A DNA stretch of 64,000 nucleotides, taken from NCBI RefSeq assembly GCF_009914755.1, contig NC_060946.1. The stretch is one strand, 5' to 3'. This document shows, one piece after another, positions 39,279 to 51,258 of the stretch; positions within the stretch are counted from its first letter, which is position 1; every line of letters starts with the position of its first letter. Position numbers and translations under genes: made by a program. The notes beneath the pieces were generated by a model. It had not been told where the DNA came from. It saw only the letters and a list, made by a program, of their open reading frames with translations, and did not search any database. This DNA comes from the human T2T-CHM13v2.0 reference genome, Homo sapiens.

Positions 39279-42200
39279 CACTGATCACCCAGGTGATTCT
39301 ACTCTTGACTAGGAACTGCCTACAGAGGTTATTGTGAAATATCTCTGCACTGATAAACTAGGTGGTGTAACCCTTGTCCAAGCTCTGACTACAGGGGCGT
39401 TTCCACATATCCCTGAACTGATGACAGAGGTGATGTAACTCTTGCCTAGGCTTTGCCTACAGGGAACATTGGACATATATCTGCACTGATCACCCAGGTG
39501 ATGCAACTCTTGCCTAGGCTTTGCCTACAGGGGACATTGTGACATATCTCTTCAATGATCACTCATGTGATGCATCTCTTGCCTAGGCTTTGCCTATAGG
39601 GGACATTGTGACATATCTCTGCACTGGTCTCCCAGGTGCTGTAACTTTAGTCTAGGCTCTGGCTACACGGCATTGTGACATATCACTGCACTGATCAACC
39701 AGGTGATATAACTCTTGTATAGGCTCTGCCTACAGGGGGATTGTGACCTACCTCTGCACTGATCACCCAGGTGATATAACTCTTCTCTAGGATCTTCCTA
39801 CAGGGTACTTTGTGACATATCCCTGCACTGATCACCCAGGTGATCTATCTCTGGTCTAAGCTCTGCCTAAAGGGGCATTGTGACAGATCTCTGCACTGAT
39901 CACTCAAGTGATGTAAGTATTGTCCAGGCTCTGCTTCAAGGGGCCTTGTCACATATCTCTGCACTGATCACCCAGGTGATGTAACTCTTGTCTAGGCTCT
40001 GCTTCCAGGGCATATTGTGACATATCTATGCACTGATCACCTTAGTGATGTAACACTTTGGTAGGCTCGGCCTACAGGGGAATCTTGACATATCTCTGCA
40101 CTGTTAACCGAGGTGATTTAACTCTTGTCAAGGCTGTGCCCACAGGGGGATTGAGACATATCTCTGCACTGATCCCGAGGTGATACAACTCTTGCCTGGT
40201 CTCTGCCTACTGTGGACATTGTGACATATCTCTGCACTGATCTCCCAGGTGCTGTAACTTTAGTGTAGGCTCTGGCTACACGGCATTGTGACATATCACT
40301 GCTCTGATCAACCAGTTGATATAACTCATGTATAGGCTCTGCCTACAGGGGGTTTGTGACCTACCGTTGCACTGTTCACCCAGTTGATAAAACTCTTCTC
40401 TAGGATCTGCCTACAGGGTGCTTTGTGACATATCCTTGCACTGATCACCCAGGTGATCTAACTCTGGTCTAAGCGCTGCCTAAAGGGGCATTGTGAAAAA
40501 TCTCTGCACTGATAACTCAGGTGATGTAACTATTGTCCAGGCTCTGCTTCCAGGGCATATTGTGACATATCTATGCACTGATCACCTTAGTGATGTAACA
40601 CTTATGTAGGCTCGGCCTACAGCGGAATTTTGACATATCTCAGCACTGTTAAACGAGGTGATTTAACTCTTGTCTAGGCTGTGCCCACAGGGGGATTGAG
40701 ACAAATCTCTGCACTGATCCCGAGGTGATCCAACTCTTGCTTCGTCTCTGTCTACTGGGGACATAGAGACATATCTCTGCACTGATCTCCCAGGTGCTGT
40801 AAATTTAGTCTAGGCTCTGGCTACAAGGCATTGTGACATATCACTGCACTGATCACCCAGGCGATACAGCACTTTTCTGGGATCTGCCTACAATGGTCTT
40901 GTGACATATCACAGCACTGATCACCCAGGCGATATAACTCTTCTCTAGGATCTGACCACAGGGTGCTTTGTGACATATCCCTGCAATGATCACCCAGGTG
41001 ATATACCACTTGCCAAGGCTCTGCCTACAGGGGCATTGCAATGTATCTCTGCACTGATCACCTAGGTCTTGTAGCTATTTTCTAGGATCTGCCTACAGGG
41101 TGCTTTGTGAAGTGTCCCAGCAAGGATTACCCAGGAGATGTACCTCTCATCAAGGCTCTGCCTACAGGCACATTGTGATGTATCTCCGCACTGATCACCT
41201 AGGTCATGTAACTTTTTTCTAGGCTCTACCTACGATGGCATTGTGACATATCTCTGCACTAATCATCCAAGTGACGTAACTCTTGTCTAGGATGTGCCTA
41301 AATTAACTTTTTGACATAACCCTGTACTCATCATCCAGGTGATGGAGCTTTTGTCTAGGCTCTGCCTAAGGGGGCATTGTGACATATTTCTGCATTGATC
41401 ACCCAGGTGGCGAACTCTTCTCTCGGATCTGCCTATGGGGGCATTGTGAGAAATCTCTGCACCGATCACCCAGGTGATGTAACTGTTGTGTAAACTCTGC
41501 CTACAGGGGAATTGTGAGAGATCTCGCCACTGATTACCCAAGTGATGTAACAGTTGTCTAGGCTTTGCGTACAGGGGGCTTTGTGACATACCTTTGCACT
41601 GATCACCCAGGTGATGTAACACATCGAAGTTCGGCCTAAAGGAGCTTTGTGACATATCTCTGAACTGATCGCTTAGGTGATGTAACACTTTTATAATCAC
41701 TGCCTACAGGGAATTTTGACAAATCTCTGCACTGATCACCTAGGTGATGTAACTCTTGTCTACTCTCTGTCCAACGGGGCATTGTGAAATATCTCTGCAC
41801 TGATCACCCAGGTGATTCTACTCTTGACTAGGAACTGCCTACAGAGGTTATTGTGAAATATCTCTGCACTGATAAACTAGGTGGTGTAACCCTTGTCCAA
41901 GCTCTGACTACAGGGGCGTTTCCACATATCCCTGAACTGATGACAGAGGTGATGTAACTCTTGCCTAGGCTCTGCCTACAGGGAACATTGGACATATATC
42001 TGCACTGATCACCCAGGTGATGCAACTCTTGCCTAGGCTTTGCCTACAGGGGACATTGTGACATATCTCTTCAATGATCACTCATGTGATGCATCTCTTG
42101 CCTAGGCTTTGCCTATAGGGGACATTGTGACATATCTCTGCACTGGTCTCCCAGGTGCTGTAACTTTAGTCTAGGCTCTGGCTACACGGCATTGTGACAT

Positions 42201-45200
42201 ATCACTGCACTGAACAACCAGGTGATATAACTCTTGTATAGGCTCTGCCTACAGGGGGATTGTGACCTACCTCTGCACTGATCACCCAGGTGATATAACT
42301 CTTCTCTAGGATCTTCCTACAGGGTACTTTGTGACATATCCCTGCACTGATCACCCAGGTGATCTATCTCTGGTCTAAGCTCTGCCTAAAGGGGCATTGT
42401 GACAGATCTCTGCACTGATCACTCAAGTGATGTAAGTATTGTCCAGGCTCTGCTTCAAGGGGCCTTGTCACATATCTCTGCACTGATCACCCAGGTGATG
42501 TAACTCTTGTCTAGGCTCTGCTTCCAGGGCATATTGTGACATATCTATGCACTGATCACCTTAGTGATGTAACACTTTGGTAGGCTCGGCCTACAGGGGA
42601 ATCTTGACATATCTCTGCACTGTTAACCGAGGTGATTTAACTCTTGTCAAGGCTGTGCCCACAGGGGGATTGAGACATATCTCTGCACTGATCCCGAGGT
42701 GATACAACTCTTGCCTGGTCTCTGCCTACTGTGGACATTGTGACATATCTCTGCACTGATCTCCCAGGTGCTGTAACTTTAGTCTAGGCTCTGGCTACAC
42801 GGCATTGTGACATATCACTGCTCTGATCAACCAGTTGATATAACTCATGTATAGGCTCTGCCTACAGGGGGTTTGTGACCTACCGTTGCACTGTTCACCC
42901 AGTTGATAAAACTCTTCTCTAGGATCTGCCTACAGGGTGCTTTGTGACATATCCCTGCACTGATCACCCAGGTGATCTAACTCTGGTCTAAGCTCTGCCT
43001 AAAGGGGCATTGTGAAAAATCTCTGCACTGATAACTCAGGTGATGTAACTATTGTCCAGGCTCTGCTTCCAGGGCATATTGTGACATATCTATGCACTGA
43101 TCACCTTAGTGATGTAACACTTGTGTAGGCTCGGCCTACAGCGGAATTTTGACATATCTCAGCACTGTTAAACGAGGTGATTTAACTCTTGTCTAGGCTG
43201 TGCCCACAGGGGGATTGAGACAAATCTCTGCACTGATCCCGAGGTGATCCATCTCTTGCTTCGTCTCTGTCTACTGGGGACATAGTGACATATCTCTGCA
43301 CTGATCTCCCAGGTGCTGTAAATTTAGTCTAGGCTCTGGCTACAAGGCATTGTGACATATCACTGCACTGATCACCCAGGCGATACAGCACTTTTCTGGG
43401 ATCTGCCTACAATGGTCTTGTGACATATCACAGCACTGATCACCCAGGCGATATAACTCTTCTCTAGGATCTGACCACAGGGTGCTTTGTGACATATCCC
43501 TGCAATGATCACCCAGGTGATATACCACTTGCCAAGGCTCTGCCTACAGGGGCATTGCAATGTATCTCTGCACTGATCACCTAGGTCTTGTAGCTATTTT
43601 CTAGGATCTGCCTACAGAGTGCTTTGTGAAGTGTCCCAGCAAGGATTACCCAGGAGATGTACCTCTCATCAAGGCTCTGCCTACAGGCACATTGTGATGT
43701 ATCTCCGCACTGATCCCCTAGGTCATGTAACTTTTTTCTAGGCTCTACCTACGATGGCATTGTGACATATCTCTGCACTAATCATCCAAGTGATGTAACT
43801 CTTGTCTAGGATGTGCCTAAATTAACTTTTTGACATAACCCTGTACTGATCATCCAGGTGATGGAGCTTTTGTCTAGGCACTGGCTAAGGGGGCATTGTG
43901 ACATACTTCTGCATTGATCACCCAGGTGGCGAACTCTTCTCTCAGATCTGCCTATGGGGGCATTGTGATAAATCTCTGCACTGATCACCCAGGTGATGTA
44001 AGTGTTGTGTAACCTCTGCCTACAGGGGAATTGTGAGAGATCTCGTCACTGATTACACAAGTGATGTAACCGTTGTCTAGGCTTTGCGTACAGGGGGCTT
44101 TGTGACATACCTTTGCACTGATCACCCAGGTGATGTAACACATCTAAGTTCGGCCTAAAGGAGCTTTGTGACATATCTCTGCACTGATCGCTTAGGTGAT
44201 GTAACACTTTTATAATCACTGCCTACAGGGAATTTTGACAAATCTCTGCACTGATCACCTAGGTGATGTAACTCTTGTCTACCCTCTGTCCAACGGGGCA
44301 TTGTGAAATATCTCTGCACTGATCACCCAGGTGATTCTACTCTTGACTAGGAACTGCCTACAGAGGTTATTGTGAAATATCTCTGCACTGATAAACTAGG
44401 TGGTGTAACCCTTGTCCAAGCTCTGACTACAGGGGCGTTTCCACATATCCCTGAACTGATGACAGAGGTGATGTAACTCTTGCCTAGGCTTTGCCTACAG
44501 GGAACATTGGATATATATCTGCACTGATCACCCAGGTGATGCAACTCTTGCCTAGGCTTTGCCTACAGGGGACATTGTGACATATCTCTTCAATGATCAC
44601 TCATGTGATGCATCTCTTGCCTAGGCTTTGCCTATAGGGGACATTGTGACATATCTCTGCACTGGTCTCCCAGGTGCTGTAACTTTAGTCTAGGCTCTGG
44701 CTACACGGCATTGTGACATATCGCTGCACTGATCAACCAGGTGATATAACTCTTGTATAGGCTCTGCCTATAGGGGGATTGTGACCTACCTCTGCACTGA
44801 TCACCCAGGTGATATAACTCTTCTCTAGGATCTTCCTACAGGGTACTTTGTGACATATCCCTGCACTGATCACCCAGGTGATCTATCTCTGGTCTAAGCT
44901 CTGCCTAAAGGGGCATTGTGACAGATCTCTGCACTGATCACTCAAGTGATGTAAGTATTTTCCAGGCTCTGCTTCAAGGGGCCTTGTCACATATCTCTGC
45001 ACTGATCACCCAGGTGATGTAACTCTTGTCTAGGCTCTGCTTCCAGGGCATATTGTGACATATCTATGCACTGATCACCTTAGTGATGTAACACTTTGTT
45101 AGGCTCGGCCTACAGGGGAATCTTGACATATCTCTGCACTGTTAACCGAGGTGATTTAACTCTTGTCAAGGCTGTGCCCACAGGGGGATTGAGACATATC

Positions 45201-48200
45201 TCTGCACTGATCCCGAGGTGATACAACTCTTGCCTGGTCTCTGCCTACTGTGGACATTGTGACATATCTCTGCACTGATCTCCCAGGTGCTGTAACTTTA
45301 GTCTAGGCTCTGGCTACACGGCATTGTGACATATCACTGCTCTGATCAACCAGTTGATATAACTCATGTATAGGCTCTGCCTACAGGGGGTTTGTGACCT
45401 ACCGTTGCACTGTTCACCCAGTTGATAAAACTCTTCTCTAGGATCTGCCTACAGGGTGCTTTGTGACATATCCCTGCACTGATCACCCAGGTGATCTAAC
45501 TCTGGTCTAAGCTCTGCCTAAAGGGGCATTGTGAAAAATCTCTGCACTGATAACTCAGGTGATGTAACTATTGTCCAGGCTCTGCTTCCAGGGCATATTG
45601 TGACATATCTATGCACTGATCACCTTAGTGATGTAACACTTGTGTAGGCTCGGCCTACAGCGGAATTTTGACATATCTCAGCACTGTTAAACGAGGTGAT
45701 TTAACTCTTGTCTAGGCTGTGCCCACAGGGGGATTGAGACAAATCTCTGCACTGATCCCGAGGTGATCCAACTCTTGCTTCGTCTCTGTCTACTGGGGAC
45801 ATAGTGACATATCTCTGCACTGATCTCCCAGGTGCTGTAAATTTAGTCTAGGCTCTGGCTACAAGGCATTGTGACATATCACTGCACTGATCACCCAGGC
45901 GATAAAGCACTTTTCTGGGATCTGCCTACAATGGTCTTGTGACATATCACAGCACTGATCACCCAGGCGATATAACTCTTCTCTAGGATCTGACCACAGG
46001 GTGCTTTGTGACATATCCCTGCAATGATCACCCAGGTGATATACCATTTGCCAAGGCTCTGCCTACAGGGGCATTGCAATGTATCTCTGCACTGATCACC
46101 TAGGTCTTGTAGCTATTTTCTAGGATCTGCCTACAGGGTGCTTTGTGAAGTGTCCCAGCAAGGATTACCCAGGAGATGTACCTCTCATCAAGGCTCTGCC
46201 TACAGGCACATTGTGATGTATCTCCGCACTGATCACCTAGGTCATGTAACTTTTTTCTAGGCTCTACCTACGATGGCATTGTGACATATCTCTGCACTAA
46301 TCATCCAAGTGATGTAACTCTTGTCTAGGATGTGCCTAAATTAACTTTTTGACATAACCCTGTACTGATCATCCAGGTGATGGAGCTTTTGTCTAGGCAC
46401 TGGCTAAGGGGGCATTGTGACATACTTCTGCATTGATCACCCAGGTGGCGAACTCTTCTCTCAGATCTGCCTATGGGGGCATTGTGATAAACCTCTGCAC
46501 TGATCACCCAGGTGATGTAACTGTTGTGTAACCTCTGCCTACAGGGGAATTGTGAGAGATCTCGTCACTGATTACACAAGTGATGTAACCGTTGTCTAGG
46601 CTTTGCGTACAGGGGGCTTTGTGACATACCTTTGCACTGATCACCCAGGTGATGTAACACAACTAAGTTCGGCCTAAAGGAGCTTTGTGACATATCTCTG
46701 CACTGATCGCTTAGGTGATGTAACACTTTTATAATCACTGCCTACAGGGAATTTTGACAAATCTCTGCACTGATCACCTAGGTGATGTAACTCTTGTCTA
46801 CCCTCTGTCCAACGGGGCATTGTGAAATATCTCTGCACTGATCACCCAGGTGATTCTACTCTTGACTAGGAACTGCCTACAGAGGTTATTGTGAAATATC
46901 TCTGCACTGATAAACTAGGTGGTGTAACCCTTGTCCAAGCTCTGACTACAGGGGCGTTTCCACATATCCCTGAACTGATGACAGAGGTGATGTAACTCTT
47001 GCCTAGGCTTTGCCTACAGGGAACATTGGACATATATCTGCACTGATCACCCAGGTGATGCAACTCTTGCCTAGGCTTTGCCTACAGGGGACATTGTGAC
47101 ATATCTCTTCAATGATCACTCATGTGATGCATCTCTTGCCTAGGCTTTGCCTATAGGGGACATTGTGACATATCTCTGCACTGGTCTCCCAGGTGCTGTA
47201 ACTTTAATCTAGGCTCTGGCTACACGGCATTGTGACATATCACTGCACTGATCAACCAGGTGATATAACTCTTGTATAGGCTCTGCCTACAGGGGGATTG
47301 TGACCTACCTCTGCACTGATCACCCAGGTGATATAACTCTTCTCTAGGATCTTCCTACAGGGTACTTTGTGACATATCCCTGCACTGATCACCCAGGTGA
47401 TCTATCTCTGGTCTAAGCTCTGCCTAAAGGGGCATTGTGACAGATCTCTGCACTGATCACTCAAGTGATGTAAGTATTGTCCAGGATCTGCTTCAAGGGG
47501 CCTTGTCACATATCTCTGCACTGATCACCCAGGTGATGTAACTCTTGTCTAGGCTCTGCTTCCAGGGCATATTGTGACATATCTATGCACTGATCACCTT
47601 AGTGATGTAACACTTTGGTAGGCTCGGCCTACAGGGGAATCTTGACATATCTCTGCACTGTTAACCGAGGTGATTTAACTCTTGTCAAGGCTGTGCCCAC
47701 AGGGAGATTGAGACATATCTCTGCACTGATCCCGAGGTGATACAACTCTTGCCTGGTCTCTGCCTACTGTGGACATTGTGACATATCTCTGCACTTATCT
47801 CCCAGGTGCTGTAACTTTAGTCTAGGCTCTGGCTACACGGCATTGTGACATATCACTGCTCTGATCAACCAGTTGATATAACTCATGTATAGGCTCTGCC
47901 TACAGGGGGTTTGTGACCTACCGTTGCACTGTTCACCCAGTTGATAAAACTCTTCTCTAGGATCTGCCTACAGGGTGCTTTGTGACATATCCCTGCACTG
48001 ATCACCCAGGTGATCTAACTCTGGTCTAAGCTCTGCCTAAAGGGGCATTGTGAAAAATCTCTGCACTGATAACTCAGGTGATGTAACTATTGTCCAGGCT
48101 CTGCTTCCAGGGCATATTGTGACATATCTATGCACTGATCACCTTAGTGATGTAACACTTGTGTAGGCTCGGCCTACAGCGGAATTTTGACATATCTCAG

Positions 48201-49353
48201 CACTGTTAAACGAGGTGATTTAACTCTTGTCTAGGCTGTGCCCACAGGGGGATTGAGACAAATCTCTGCACTGATCCCGAGGTGATCCAACTCTTGCTTC
48301 GTCTCTGTCTACTGGGGACATAGTGACATATCTCTGCACTGATCTCCCAGGTGCTGTAAATTTAGTCTAGGCTCTGGCTACAAGGCATTGTGACATATCA
48401 CTGCACTGATCACCCAGGTGCTGTAACTTTAGTCTAGGCTCTGGCTACACGGCATTGTGACATATCACTGCACTGATCACCCAGGCGATATAACTCTTCT
48501 CTAGGATCTGACCACAGGGTGCTTTGTGACATATCCCTGCAATGATCACCCAGGTGATATACCACTTGCCAAGGCTCTGCCTACAGGGGCATTGCAATGT
48601 ATCTCTGCAATGATCACCTAGGTCTTGTAGCTATTTTCAAGGATCTGCCTACAGGGTGCTTTGTGACGTGTCCCAGCAAGGATTACCCAGGTGATGTACC
48701 TCTCATCAAGGCTCTGCCTACAGGCACATTGTGATGTATCTCTGCACTGATCACCTAGGTCATGTAAATTTTGTCTAGGCTCTACCTACGATGGCATTGT
48801 GACGTATCTCTGCACTAATCATCCAAGTGATGTAACTCTTGTCTAGGATGTGCCTAAATTAACTTTTTGACATAACCCTGTACTGATCATCCAGGTGATG
48901 GAGCTTTTGTCTAGGCTCTGCCTAAGGGGGCATTGTGACATATTTCTGCATTGATCCCCCAGGTGGCGAACTCTTCTCTCGGATCTGCCTATGGGGGCAT
49001 TGTGAGAAATCTCTGCACTGATCACCCAGGTGATGTAACTGTTGTGTAACCTCTGCCTACAGGGGAATTGTGAGAGATCTCGCCACTGATTACCCAAGTG
49101 ATGTAACCGTTGTCTAGGCTTTGCGTACAGGGGGCTTTGTGACATACCTTTGCACTGATCACCCAGGTGATGTAACACATCTAAGTTCGGCCTAAAGGAG
49201 CTTTGTGACATATCTCTGCACTGATCGCTTAGGTGATGTAACACTTTCATAATCACTGCCTACAAGGAATTTTGACAAATCTCTGCACTGATCACCTAGG
49301 TGATGTAACTCTTGTCTACCCTCTGTCCAACGGGGCATTGTGAAATATCTCTG
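39279..49353 (-). repeat. Four 37-mer HOR variants (2519, 2519, 2519 and 2518 bp) carrying a diverged 9-monomer cassette
   Basis: Marker at 39309, 41828, 44347, 46866 and 49384. Extra blocks lie between m15 and m16 at 40302-40914, 42821-43433, 45340-45952 and 47859-48470. Confidence 0.94.
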
Positions 49354-51258
49354 CACTGATCACCCAGGTGATTCAACTCTTGACTAGGAACTGCCTACAG
49401 AGGTTATTGTGAAATATCTCTGCACTGATAAACTAGGTGGTGTAACCCTTGTCCAAGCTCTGCCTACAGGGGCGTTTCCACATATCCCTGAACTGGTGAT
49501 AGAGGTGATGTAACTCTTGCCTAGGCTTTGCCTACAGGGAACATTGGACATATATCTGCACTGATCACCCAGGTGATGCAACTCTTGCCTAGGCTTTGCC
49601 TACAGGGGACATTGTGACATATCTCTTCAATGATCACTCATGTGATGCATCTCTTGCCTAGGCTTTGCCTACAGGGGACATTGTGACATATCTCTGCACT
49701 GATCTCCCAGGTGCTGTAACTTTAGTCTAGGCTCTGGCTACACGGCATTGTGACATATCACTGCACTGATCTACCAGGTGATATAACTCTTGTATAGGCT
49801 CTGCCTACAGGGGGATTGTGACCTACCTCTGCACTGATCACCCAGGTGATATAACTCTTCTCTAGGATCTTCCTACAGGGTACTTTGTGACATATCCCTG
49901 CACTGATCACCCAGGTGATCTATCTCTGGTCTAAGCTCTGCCTAAAGGGGCATTGTGACAGATCTCTGCACTGATCACTCAGGTGATGTAAGTATTGTCT
50001 AGGCTCTGCTTCAAGGGGCCTTGTCACATATCTCTGCACTGATCACCCAGGTGATGTAACTCTTGTCTAGGCTCTGCTTCCAGGGCATATTGTGACATAT
50101 CTATGCACTGATCACCTTAGTGATGTAACACTTTGGTAGGCTCGGCCTACAGGGGAATCTTGACATATCTCTGCACTGTTAACCGAGGTGATTTAACTCT
50201 TGTCTAGACTGTGCCCACAGGGGGATTGAGACATATCTCTGCACTTATCCCGAGGTGATACAACTCTTGCCTGGTCTCTGCCTACTGTGGACATTGTGAC
50301 ATATCTCTGCACTGATCTCCCTGGTGCTGTAACTTTAGTCTAGGCTCTGGCTACACGGCATTGTGACATATCACTGCACTGATCACCCAGGCGATATAAC
50401 CCTTCTCTAGGATCTGACCACAGGGTGCTTTGTGACATATCCCTGCAATGATCACCCAGGTGATATACCACTTGCCAAGGTTCTGCCTACAGGGGCATTG
50501 CAATGTATCTCTGCACTGATCACCTAGGTCTTGTAGCTATTTTGTAGGATCTGCCTACAGGGTGCTTTGTGACGTGTCCCAGCAAGGATTACCCAGGTGA
50601 TGTACCTCTCATCAAGGCTCTGCCTACAGGCACATTGTGATGTATCTCTGCACTGATCACCTAGGTCATGTAAATTTTGTCTAGGCTCTACCTAGGATGG
50701 CATTGTGACATATCTCTACACTAATCATCCAAGTGATGTAACTCTTGTCTAGGATGTGCCTAAATTAATTTTTTGACATAACCCTGTACTGTTCATCCAG
50801 GTGATGGAGCTCTTGTCTAGGCTCTGCCTAAGGGGGCATTGTGACATATTTCTGCATTGATCCCCCAGGTGGCGAACTCTTCTCTCGGATCTGCTATGGG
50901 GGCATTGTGAGAAATCTCTGCACTGATCACCCAGGTGATGTAACTGTTGTGTAACCTCTGCCTACAGGGGAATTGTGAGAGATCTCGTCACTGATTACCC
51001 AAGTGATGTAACCGTTGTCTAGGCATTGCATACAGGGGGCTTTGTGACATACCTTTGAACTGATCACCCAGGTGATGTAACACATCTAAGTTCGGCCTAA
51101 AGGAGCTTTGTGACATATCTCTGCACTGATCACTTAGGTGATGTAACATTTTTATAATCACTGCCTACAGGGAATTTTGACAAATCTCTGCACTGATCAC
51201 CTAGGTGATGTAACTCTTGTCTACCCTCTGTCCAACGGGGCATTGTGAAATATCTCTG
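49354..51258 (-). repeat. One canonical 28-mer HOR unit (1905 bp)
   Basis: Marker spacing 49384-51289, with a 1-bp deletion in m23 (ggatctgctatgg). Confidence 0.92.
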
